Assembly: GCA_021613535.1 (NCBI GenBank)
Contig: CP075496.1
Location: 13,578,001-13,642,000, forward strand
Direction: 5' to 3'
DNA: 64,000 nucleotides
DNA from: Adineta vaga
Taxonomy: Eukaryota; Animalia; Rotifera
In this document: piece by piece, positions 11,805 through 24,200 of the stretch
Layout: each line of letters opens with the position of its first letter
Position numbering within the stretch: the stretch's first letter is position 1
Translations under genes and position numbers: made by a program
The notes under the pieces: generated by a model
Told to the model about the DNA's origin: nothing
Seen by the model: only the letters and a program-made list of their open reading frames with translations
The model's database searches: none

Positions 11805-14800
11805 CTACCAATGTTTCAGAAAGATTTGTTCCTGAAGCAGTATGTCTTGAGAAGTTAGTACGGATAGTGAAGGATGTGGTGTTGGTGGTGGTGGTGGTGG
11901 TTCTGGTGAAACTTGTGTAATTCTTCCCGTTCGAAGTTGAATTCGTCGACGACGATGACGATAAACATGATAACGATTACCAGTTCGAATACGATTAATA
12001 ACAATCGGTGGCATTGGAATTGGATTTGATATTTGTTGAGGAGTATTTCGTTCTAATAGATTACTAGCTAATTGACAAAGTTTATCAACTTTTAAATCTA
12101 ATCCATCAACCTAGGAAATCAATGTAAGACTGTTCCGATCAAATATTGAAAATCTAGAAATTTACTTGTGTTTCAATTTTACATATTCTTGATGCTAAAC
12201 TTGGACCTGATTCATAACTATCGAGCGATTTTGATGTACCCAAAACTTTATCCAATCTAAATCATATTGATAACATTGAAATTATCAAATAATCATTGAA
12301 TCTTACCTTGCTTGAAGATATTTCATTCTCGCTAACATATCAACATTTCCTGTTGAATATTGTTCAATAACATCAGTGACATCATATGGACGTAGTGCTT
12401 CACGAAATTTTCGTCTTGAAACAAAAAATTTGATTTTTCGAACAAATCGAATTGCATGTCGATGTATTGGAGTTAACGATTGAACATCATTCGCATAAAA
12501 CAAATGATCTTCTTCATTATCTATTGGAATTTTTCAAACGAAAAAAATCATAAGAAAAAAACGTTGAGTTTCTTTATCGAATGTTTTTACCTGAGGATGA
12601 ACCTTCATGTAATGCTGTTAGACTTGTTGTTGGTGGTGTCATATTCGCTGTTTCTGTCAATGTATCAATACAAGAACGCATGGCTGCAACTGTTGGATTA
12701 GGTATTGGTTTTAAACTGAGATTATTCGGTGATTTTGTACTGTTTGAATTTGCTAATGATGTTTCGCGTGTTGTTCGTCGTCGAAAACTAACTCGATTTA
12801 AAAACGATGGATTACTACGCATACGAGTTGATCTAGAGATAGAAGAAAAAGATACGAATGTGTTTTCATTTGAATTATTTACTTACAGTAGATTCGAATT
12901 ATTCTGTGATGCGGAAGAAACTTTTGATTCATTTCTTGGCGGACGTACATGAACTTTCCATGTTGCTTTTGAAAGAGATTTCTCATCAGCTGCATAGACA
13001 CGCCAAAGATTTTGAATTAATAATACGGCTGGAATTTTTCGTCGTTTATAATGTTTCTGACGTTGTTGCTGTTGAACTTTCAATGCAAAACCGGAACCAA
13101 GTATACCCTTAGAAAATAGATCAATAAATGTCGAAAAATAAGTAAACAACTTATTGTTAATAATAAAAACTTACCGCTGGTAATGCAAAAAAGCTAATAC
13201 CAATAAAAGAACAAATCGCCGCAACGACTTTACCCATATAGGATGAGGGAACTTTATCACCATATCCTACCTAAATTGAATTTATTCGTTTGTTATATTA
13301 ATTGAATAAAATAAAATGAATATGTGTTTCTTACTGTGCATAATGTAATCTAGAAAATAACGATAATAATTAATGATGAGAATCGAAATAGAAATCTAAT
13401 ACATACAATTCCCCACCATAATGCATCAGCAAATGTTTCAAATTTATGTCGATCTGTATCAATTAGATTAGTTATTGAAGTTGCTGTCATGAGATTTGTT
13501 CCATTAGCGATTAATGTTCGATCTGGTTCAATGAAACTATCTTTTTCCACAAGAAACATAATAAATGAAGAAAAAATAAGTACTAAAAAGCCAATATAGA
13601 TCGTTGTTATAAGTTCCTTAAAATAATCCCAAAAAATTTCATTCTCTTCGATGAAAAAAAATCAAGATGAATACAAACTTGTCGATGAGCATATACAACT
13701 GAACCTAATAATTTCCATGTCCCACCCCGACGATCCATTCTTAACATACGTAAAATTTGAAAAAAACGTAAACCACGTAGAGCTGATGTAGCAAAAACTC
13801 CATTTCCTCCTCGACTATTCAAACAAAGGGTAATAATAGTTGCAACAATGACAGTAAAATCTAAATCATAAACAGATATTCTTCTCTTTTCGTTTCAACA
13901 AACTCTTTTTTAAATACAAACCAAGAGCACAGAACGGTTTTTTCATAAAACGTAATCGACCTAGAATAGTTTGATAACGTGATCGACAACCTGCACTCCA
14001 TACACGTAATCCTAATTCAGTTGCAAGCCATATAAATGCTACGATTTCCTTTAAAGAAGAAAAAAAGAAAAGAAAAATATGAAGAATTCGTTAGTAATTC
14101 ATTTACACTTTGTAATAACACAGTTGATGCAATTGATTCATATTCAGGCATTGTAACAACCACAGACAAAAATAAACAAAGAAAAACGGTTAAAAATCTA
14201 GACGAAACAAAACAAAATTTCGTTTTAAATTAATGTTTTTTGTTTTGTTTTATTAAACATTGTATGTCATATTTAATATCCGGAATATTTCCGTAAATCA
14301 TTTGCATGTTGCATATAGATTTTCTTTAGTAATTAAGACCATGAATAGTTTATTTAAAGTTAATACATTTTTTTATGAAATGAATAATATTAAAATGTTG
14401 AAGAAGTTAATTAATTTTTGAAAAGTTACATTTGTTCGTACTAAAATTCGATTTCCGTTTTGTTTTAATAAGTGTATGTATTCAGTAAAAAGGTATCCTT
14501 AGTTTTTTTCTTCTTCTTCTTCTTCTAATCATTTATATATTTTCTTTTCTCATGTAATGAACAAGTGCATGTGAATAGTAATAAGTAACAAGATTTCTAT
14601 CCGTGCTTAGATATACAATATACATTTGACTGAAGAAACTGTTTCTTGTTTTTACCCGAAATGGAAACGAAAGAGTAAACGACTAATCATTTTTCTATTC
14701 ATATGAAAGTCACGCAATTCGTGGGAATTAGAAAGAAAGAAAGAAAAAATGTCTCATTCTTTTCTTCAAAGTGAAAATTTTCTTGTTGAAAGATTTATTA

Positions 14801-16039
14801 TTTTGGTTATTAAATATACATTGAGATCGCGTGGGATCGATTAGTTATTTCTCTTCGTTTCAATATCTCATTAGACTTGAAATAGTTCCATAGGGAGAAA
14901 ATCAAAAGAAAAGAGCCGTATTTTAGAATCTAATCTAAAGTGACTTATGCTAATGATTTTGACAACGTTATTCATTTTCAGTTCAATTGAATATTTCATT
15001 GAGCAAATGAAAATTTTCTAAATAAGAAAATACTGACAACTTACACAAATGTATGATACATAACAGCTTTGTAACCATGTGGTCGTTCTAGGAAATTGTA
15101 TATTCGTAATTGTGTTCGTCGATAGGATGGTGAACGTTTTTGAATTGGATGAAAAACTAAAGGTTTACCAAGTAATGAAACACGTTTTTCAAGTAATAAT
15201 CGACTATCATTTGCTGATAAACCAACTAATGGTCGATATTTTAATGGTGAAACATAAACTGGACGAAATTCTGCACCTAATGCTGTCGATGAACCAGTTG
15301 TTGTGGTAATTGGTATTGTTGAAGAGAAATCGTCTTTCATATTGATATAAGTAATAGATGAACGTGGTTGAAGACCAAGTCCACCAATTTGAGGTATGGA
15401 CGAACTTTTACAAGTGATGATCGGTTGATCCTTGGTTAATGTTACACACGCAGTATGACTGAGAGATGCTTGATCGTTATCATAGAATGTTTTCGATGAT
15501 GTTGATCTTGTTGCTAGTTCTATTTCTCTAATTCCGGTTTCTGTTTTTGCTGTCGTTTCTAATGGAAGGTCGAGGGAGAGAGTTGATGATGTTCGAAAAA
15601 ATTGATCCTTTCGCTGATGACGAGAATAATTGTTACAATGCTGATGGTGTTGTTGCGTTTGTTCATTGTTTTTACTTTCCTCTTCTATAGTTTCAGACTT
15701 TCCATTACTCTCTTCGTCGTTCTCGTCTTCTGTGTAATCGGAATCTCTCTCGTCATCATTATTGTCGCTCTGCTTTTCTATGATTGAGGCTTGTTGAACA
15801 TAACTATGACTATCTGTTGACATCTTTTTTTCGGTTCGTTTACGTAATATAGAACGTAAAAGTGGAATTGATGTTCCCTCTTGCTGTTGTTCTTTCTCAT
15901 CTTCTTCTACTTGATTATTGACGATTTTAATTGGAACAAGTTTGCAAGTTTCATCAACATCATCATCATCGTCATCATCAATATCAGCGTCTTTTTCTTC
16001 ATACGTCTTTTTATTATTAATATTGGATAATTTCGACAT
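11805..16039 (-). CDS. KCNQ: KCNQ (Kv7) voltage-gated potassium channel, multi-exon
   Basis: [39 protein letters not shown] (S4), [19 protein letters not shown] (pore), [24 protein letters not shown] (helix A), [19 protein letters not shown] (helix B/C). The true stop may be 11695 if the tail is frameshifted. Confidence 0.95.
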
Positions 16040-19000
16040 TGTTTTGTTATGATATGTGTTAATAAAAGTAGATTCTAATCACATTTATTTTATTTTTTTC
16101 GATAATTGAAAATAGATACGATCATTTGTATAATAAATCATTGTTTTCCAGATTGTGACCTAAAGGAAAATCCAAAATGAATAAGGAATATACAGACGGA
16201 TGTATATGATTCGACGTGCACATTAACCTTCTTAACAATTGATACAATCCTAATGTTATTAGACACGTATATGACATCCGGTCTGTCTATGTTAGTTAAC
16301 GACACTGATTTGATTATGAATATATGCGGAAAAAAAATCTATACTCAATATATAGAAAAGAAATGTTGTTTTTGAGATACGCATTCGTTCTTCAAAAAAT
16401 GAAAAAACAACAACAACAACAACAACAACTACTAATGCTATTTACTATGTCTTTTCTGAAAGTTAGTTTTTTTTACCTAATAGATTAATAATAAGATTAT
16501 CACGAATTATGATACTTTCTATACTTACTAAAGTTAATAGAATAATTTCTATTAGTCTCTTCGTTTCAAGCTGTTGTTTGAATACTTCTGTTACATCTCA
16601 TTTTCTTTTATGTTAAGTATCCTGGCGTCATAATGATATTGTCGCACTTTTTGATACTTATATTCGGGATGAGATTGTTGGTGAGAAAAGAAGAAAAAAA
16701 ACCCTATATCAAAAGAAACTAATGTGTGAATGATCTATACTAATACTAGTCATCGTCTGGTTTGTTTCAGATCAGAGATGGTTTTTTTCCTCTATTTTTT
16801 TTCAGTCATACTCGAGGCTGTTTGTCTTATTTTTTCGCTCTTCTCACAATAATCATATTTCATCAGTTAGCTCGGCATTCTATGTCAGATTTTCTTCTTC
16901 TTCTTCTTAACAAACTTATACATAAGCGCATTCGAAGACCTTTCTTTTTCTCCCTCCGTCCAAGAAAAAGAAGCAAATCATTCACTAAATCGCTGTCGGA
17001 TATTGATCTATATGTTATGTGTATTAACGACAAAAGTACACTAATGAATAGAAGAACACTTCGTTCCAATCAAATGAACACTTGAGGGAATTTCCGAGTT
17101 TTTTCTAATAAATAATATACTCAGTTGTATTTGATATTGATCTTTTATTTTACAGAATTAATTCTCTCATTTGAAATTCTTCTTTCGAATAATAACAACA
17201 ACAATAGGACAAACAAATGAAGAAGATCGATAGATATACAATAACGAGAAAATGTCCTATTAATCTAGAAAATACCGATGATTTATTGACGTTCATTTCC
17301 GATAAAATCGTGCATAAATGTATACAATATACATAATCATATGATAAGTTAAGTCAACTAAATTTCAGAATCATTTACTATCTCGACGTAACTAGAACAA
17401 CATTTCATCAAAAATGCATAGTATGTTTAGACTTAGTCTTACCTAAATTACACTTATCCTTATTAACATGCAATTATGAGTTTAATATACGGAAAAGCTT
17501 GATTTTCTGCGAAGAAAAAGGTTCTATCTATCTATCTATCTATCTAGTTTACAATTATGAAAGATTAACATGGAAATCATAGTGTTCAACGACGAATCGA
17601 TCGATTTTAAAAGGATGATTCTATTGTGTCAAAAACACTTAGATGTATATTCATAACATTTTCTCTATTAATCAAAAAAAAACGGAGTAAAAACTATGGA
17701 ACAATCGAATGAATATGCAGATTTTCTTTATGTTTAGTCGATCGATGAGATATCTAAGTATATGTAAACATACGTCGATTGAGAAAAAAGCAAACATGAA
17801 GAGCTTAAAGATCGTCTACTACTTGTAATATAGTCTAAGCATATTGAATGAAGTGTGAAATGAGTCGTTCTCTCTTCCTGTCTCATTCCAGTAGCTTATT
17901 TATTTCTCTCATTGTGCATTTCTTTTCTTTTTTCTTCTTCTTTCTTTTCATAGAAAGTACGCTGAAACGTAATTATTTTATAATAAACCAGAAAAGAAAT
18001 AAAGAAAAAAGATTGGATTATTTTTTAACCTTAAAAATTCATTTTTGAACTCAATCGTCGGAAAATACTATAATTTCTAAAAACAAAAAAACTAATATAA
18101 TCTTGAAACTTGATATCAATGTATTGTTTTATGAATTCAACGAAGAAACATTTCGAAGTATGCGGAAGTAACTAGAGGGTACAGTCTATACCATGTCGAA
18201 TTCCATTAAGACGATAAAATGCATCATTAAACTCATTCAAGAAATTTAACTTGACATCATATCAAAATGAAAGAAAATCCAATGTTTAGTTTATCAATCA
18301 GATTTGATTCAGATCGATTTCTATATTGAATAGAACTGCAATTGTTTTCTAATAATGTAAACATTCTTTTGTTCGACAGTTAACAATGACTTCAAGTAAA
18401 AAAATGGAATATAATGTTTAAATAAACTATGAATTTTTCTCATTAAACATAAATAATTAAAGTAAAATTTGATGAAAGAATATCTCTTTCAATTAATGTA
18501 CAAAAACTAAGAGAGATCATAGAGTATAAATAAGTTTTTATGAAATGAAATTTTATATGATCAACTAACGGTCACAAAAGTCTACATACTCTTCTTTTTC
18601 TCTATCAATAGTTTTCAATATGAATAAACGATAAACCATTCTTCTTCTTTTTTTTTATGACATATTCAATGATAGATTGATTACTAATGATTAATTGAGA
18701 TATTATTTGTTAATTAAAATCTGATTGACAAGTCTCTCACAGATTTGATAAAGATAATGAATGATTTCTTAAATCTTACGGATAGATTCGTACAAAAACT
18801 CATTTTAGTAAACTTTCTACTATATATAAAACACATCGTATAATTACGTTGATGTCTGTGTTATAAACCGTAACGTTTCTTTTATTAATAATTAGATATG
18901 GTCTCATCGGACAAATACTGCGTATCAAGGACAAATTTTCATTTGTAGAAGAAAAAGTCGTTACTAATTTTTCAATAAGAATATATTATCATCATTATTT

Positions 19001-19562
19001 CAAAGCAGTTAATTTAATATAAGACACAATTTTCATTTTTAATGATCAAACAACCTATTGATATTAAACTTCATTAATCGAATGTTCAACTATGTGAACA
19101 AACTACGAAGACAATGATCAAAGACACACGTTATGCTTTAATAGCCAATGATGATGAATATTAGTAAGACGAAAAAAAAACGAAGTCAGCTGATAATTTT
19201 TCTTTGGAGAAATTGAACTCAAAACCGATAAGAACACAAAAATCATTCGCATATGAAATTTACAATGTATTACATATTAATACGTAATGGATCAATATCA
19301 TCATATATCGTTTTTTCTCTCTCTCTCTCTTTCTCTCTTGTCTTCTTCTCACCAAATACTTCTACTATATACCCTATATAAATGATAGTGACAATGTTCA
19401 TATAATAAGGTCATGGTTGAATGCATTTGCTCGCTTTGTCTACTTGCGTGCACATCGCTCATATATCTACCCTCGACGACAAGCCCATATAGGTTCACTT
19501 ACACATCTTCGTTTATATAGGTTCATTCTTCTTCTTTTCTTATTTATACGAACAAGTAAAAC

Positions 19563-21252
19563 ATGAGGTAGAGTTATATGTTAAAGAAATCAACTGAAAT
19601 CTCTTTTACTTCTTCTTTCTAGTAGCACAAAAACCAGGTAAGATAACAAACGTTTTCCAATAAAAAAATGGTTCATATCATTCAGTAACAGATTAACTAA
19701 AAAACCTGTTTCTAGTACTCACGTTGAACATCGATCAACACGTACTGCTAAAGGAGAGTCACATCGAGAAAAAGATTCACATCGTGAAACTCGAGAAGAA
19801 AAATCATCAACACATACACATTCAGCTATTTCTAATGGATCATCAACCGATCGAGCTTTCAAAGATAAACATCATCCATTATTAATTGCTATTTGGAATA
19901 CTGATCGAACACAAGCAAATGTTGATGAAAAACTCAAAGGTCTTCGTGATATAATCAAAAAAGGAACAAGTACAAAATGAAGAAAGTTTTTTATCAAAAA
20001 TAAAAAGTATACTTCTTCTTCTTCTTCTATTTTTCAAAGATCCAAGTATTAGTTGTGAAATTTTACATGAACAAACAGGCACACCGATTGCTCAAGTATC
20101 ACCTTTGATCATTGCTTGTTTCGAAGGTGATGTTGATATTATTCGTTTTTTCATCGAAGTAAGTCGTAGGAAAAAAAAGAAATGAACAAAATTCATTGTA
20201 ACAAAATTGTAATTCTGAAGAATGGCGCGGATCCAAATCAAACCGAAAGTGAACATCATCTAACACCTATTCATGTTCTATGTGATGCGGAATATCACGG
20301 ACAAAGTTTACGTGTAAGTTTCAAATGATAAAGAACTTCTTCATTCAATGATATTTTATTTTCTATTAGCAAAAAGATCGAGCAGATTTAATTCGTTTAT
20401 TAGTTAAATATGGTGCACAAGTTAATCATTTAGATCGAAGTTCTATGGCAGCAATTCATAAGTAAATAAAAGAAAAACGAAAGATAAGTTTTCGAACTTG
20501 TTTTACTTGATGTTATTAGAGCTGTTATTCATGATCGACCTGAATGTGTAGAAGTATTAATGGATGCACATGCTGATCCAAATGTTGCATTTATGGGTGA
20601 TACACCATTAAGTATTGCAGCTCGACATAATCGCAGAAAAATTGTTCAGTAAGAAAGAAAAAACAGCTAATCATTTTATCTTTCTCGTTTTCTTCAAAGA
20701 ATTTTATTGGATCATAAAGAAACAAATGTTAATCATCGTAATGATCAAGGTGGAACTGCACTTCATTTTGCTAGTGCTGGTAAGAGAAGATAACTGTTAA
20801 ATTGCATTTTTTAATTTGTCTATTATTTAACTATGCATAGGTATTGTGGATAGTCCAGAATGTGTGGAATTATTATTACATCATGGTGCGAAAGTCAATG
20901 CTCAAGATTTGAAAAATAATACAGCTGCTATGGTCGCTTGTTTTTTTAATAAACCACGTATTTTATCAACACTAATTCGAGCTGGTGCAGATTTAACTGT
21001 TCGAAATAATGAAGGTAAATGAAATGAAATGAAAAGAAATACGAAGAAAGAGTGATTTCTTTAGGCAAAGATGCATATGATGTAGCCGTAGAAAAAGAAT
21101 TTGATGAATGCAAGGATCATGTTGCTAAAGCATTAGAAAAACGAGGTATTAAACCTGGTAGTAAAGCCACTTCGACAACAACAACAACAACAGCAACAAC
21201 AACAACAGATAAATTAACAGAAGATGTTGAAAAACTCAAACTTAAACGTTAA
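19563..21252 (+). CDS. Ankyrin-repeat protein (~6 repeats), multi-exon
   Basis: SPLIIACFEGD, NGADPN..LTPIH, YGAQVN, GDTPLSIAARHN, GGTALHFAS, HGAKVNAQD, AGADLTVRNNEG. Tiny first exons atgag|gtag and tagcacaaaaaccag|gtaag. Confidence 0.85.
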
Positions 21253-24200
21253 ATAAAACATATTATCTATTCAATAAACAAAAACAAAAAAAAGAGACGA
21301 ACAATTCAGCACTTATTAGTCAGGGATCGTTTTTGTTTACTTTCTTTTTTTCTTCTCACTGTTGGATTTCTTTCTTATTCTTTTTTTGTTTAATTGCATC
21401 AAATGTATTTTCCCTCCTTCTATTTCTTTATTTGATTTCATTGACGCATCTGTTTTACACACGATTAGAAGCGTCAAACATTTTTTTCACCCCTATTGAT
21501 CGACTCTCACATGAAACTTTAGAGTACTTGAGTGTTATATGTATGCATTTTTTTGTCTTCCATCCGTATTCATTCACACTGACAACATTCTTCCTCTTAT
21601 AATTTTTTGTTCTATTCTTTTCAAAAAAAAATCGCTTAACATTGCCGGAGGTCTAATGTGTTTTTGAATTGATTTCCCGCGCTCTCCCTCTCCCTCTCTC
21701 TCTCTGTCTCTCTGTCTCCACTTGACTCATTCTTGCAAGTGTGAACTTTTTTTTGTGTATGCGATATATTGTTATACGTGCTCGACATTGCCATCTCTCG
21801 ATTTTCTAATAAATGATCTTTTTCGCTTTGCTTGCATAACTTTAACTTAGAAATTTCTTCTAATAAATCAAACTTGATCTTTGTTTTCATACTTTCTCTT
21901 GTACGACGTATATAAATATATTAATAAAATCCTATACGAATGTACACAGTAAACTATAGATTTGATCATTTCCTCTACGAACGATAAGAATAATAAGATT
22001 GCGGTTTGTTTTCAAAGAAAGATATTCGAATAAAAATGATTGTCAAAAAGCAAAAAAAAGAAAACAAACTATGAAATATGTAATAAACATCAAGAGGAAA
22101 CCTTCAATTAAAAGCAAACGGAAAAGAGCATATTTAGATATGAAGAAAATCTCATTTGATCTCTTCGGAAGTGTTAAAGAAATACATAAATGTCAGAAGA
22201 GAAAAAAATATACAAGCTTATTATTAGCTTTCGTTTTGCATTTTAACTTTTCTTTTATAATTAACTAATGATTCGTTTAAAAGAAGAAGATTTTCATCGA
22301 AGGAAAAAAAAGGAGAAGAAGAATTGAAAGAGTTTCGAAAAATAATCGTTTTAGTTTGCTGTTGAATAAATAATGATATCGTTTTTCTTAATTGCTATTA
22401 ATCCGTGGTTGCAATGCATTCTTAAACATTTTTTTTCCGTGTCATCAATATAGTTCGAACATCATCAGCAATTCATTTCTTTTACTTCTTTGTCGATCAT
22501 TTTTCAGGAATTCATCGCATATTTCCTGTTTCTCCATGTCTATGTTTGAGCGATCGAGTCAGCGGTATATTATCATTCGAATTTTATCATCTCCAAGTAG
22601 AGATAGAATGAGAAAGAAAAAATTTTTAGGCTCGGGTTCTTCTTCTTCTTCTTCTTCTTCTTCAGATCGAATAGAGTGCTAACAAGTAAGTGTTGCAACC
22701 AGGAATAAGTTCTAACAAAAAAAAACTCGAAGGAATGATCGAGTTTATCATTCAGTTCTCTCTTTTTTTTTCTCTTCATTCATGAACAAGTCATTTTTTC
22801 TTTGTGTGTTTAGCATTAGGCAATGGTGCTATGCCAAACTACTGTTGTTAGAGTGTCATCCGGAATTTGAAACTCTGTTTTCCATTCAAGATGATATGAG
22901 GAGAAGAAGAGAGAGAGACAGAGAGAGACAGAAAAAAAAATAGAACGAAGAGAAAAAAAGTTCTTTCTAACTCAACTGCGAATTTATTTGATAGGATAGT
23001 GCTCTATTTTCTCGATAGATAGTTTAGTCTCGAAATAAGATTGGAACGCACATATAACAAAAAAAAAAGAAGAGAAAAAAAAACGCGAAGACGAACAAGA
23101 ATACGAGAGAAAAAAAAATTCATCACATCTTTCTACAACATCTTCACTAACAATTCAACGGTTATATTTTCATATAAACATATTGATTCCAAACTGGTAA
23201 GCTCGAGCATTCATTGTAAGAGAAATGTAATTGATCCTTCAATTAATAATTGAACGATAGACATGTCGACCGTTCTAGAAAATCAAACTATGAGACAATA
23301 GAATAAAAAAAAACGTGAAACAAGGAAAAAAATTGTATATAGAACTTCGCATGCTTATGTTATTGTTAGAGAATTAATTTGTCGTGTGTTGTGCTCGACT
23401 GTAGAGTAGCAAATGCAACTAGAGATCAAAAATGAAATGAGACTAACAACGCTCGTAGATTCTAAATATTATCTTTAGATTTTTCAGTTTTTTTTTCAGA
23501 ATATTTCCAGCTTATACATAAATAATCTTATAGATTGTAGGAAACAAAAAAAGAACCGACGATAAAGATGCGTTCTTCTATTCTTTCTATGAATCTATTG
23601 TGTGTAGAAAAAGAGAACGATCAATTGAATGAAATATTGCGCATTTGTTAAGTAAGAACAGGTAGGATTAGAATGATAGAATAAATTGAAGTAAAGCGGA
23701 TGATGAGAATGGTTTATCTTCTCAAGCATTTCTTTCTATTGATATGATGTATGCTTGAATGAATTGTGTACGATGTCATCATTCTCGTTGTTAAGTTCGT
23801 AGAAATAGAGGCCAATTTTCAGAGTCATTACGCCTTCAGGTTTGAAGAGCAATCATTAGAAAGAAGACGATCACAACGGAAGACACAACGAAGGCAAAGA
23901 GCCTGTCGAAAGAGAAGTCAAACACTCATATTTAACTTCCTGCAAACATTCATACAATATAAAAAAGATCTCAAGTTTCTTAATTATGAATCAAAGAAAA
24001 ACTCGACGAAAGATTGAAGGGAAAAAAACTTGAAACATGTTTTGGATTTCTTCAATGTAAAGATCGTTTAACTAATAGAAAGAATTACTTTTATCTTCTC
24101 TCTGCTTGAGGTCTTCCTGAATGTTTTTATTGCATGCAAAAGATCTCCTGCTGCTCTTTTTTTTTGTTCTATTCCATATCTAATTCTCAATTACTTCTTC

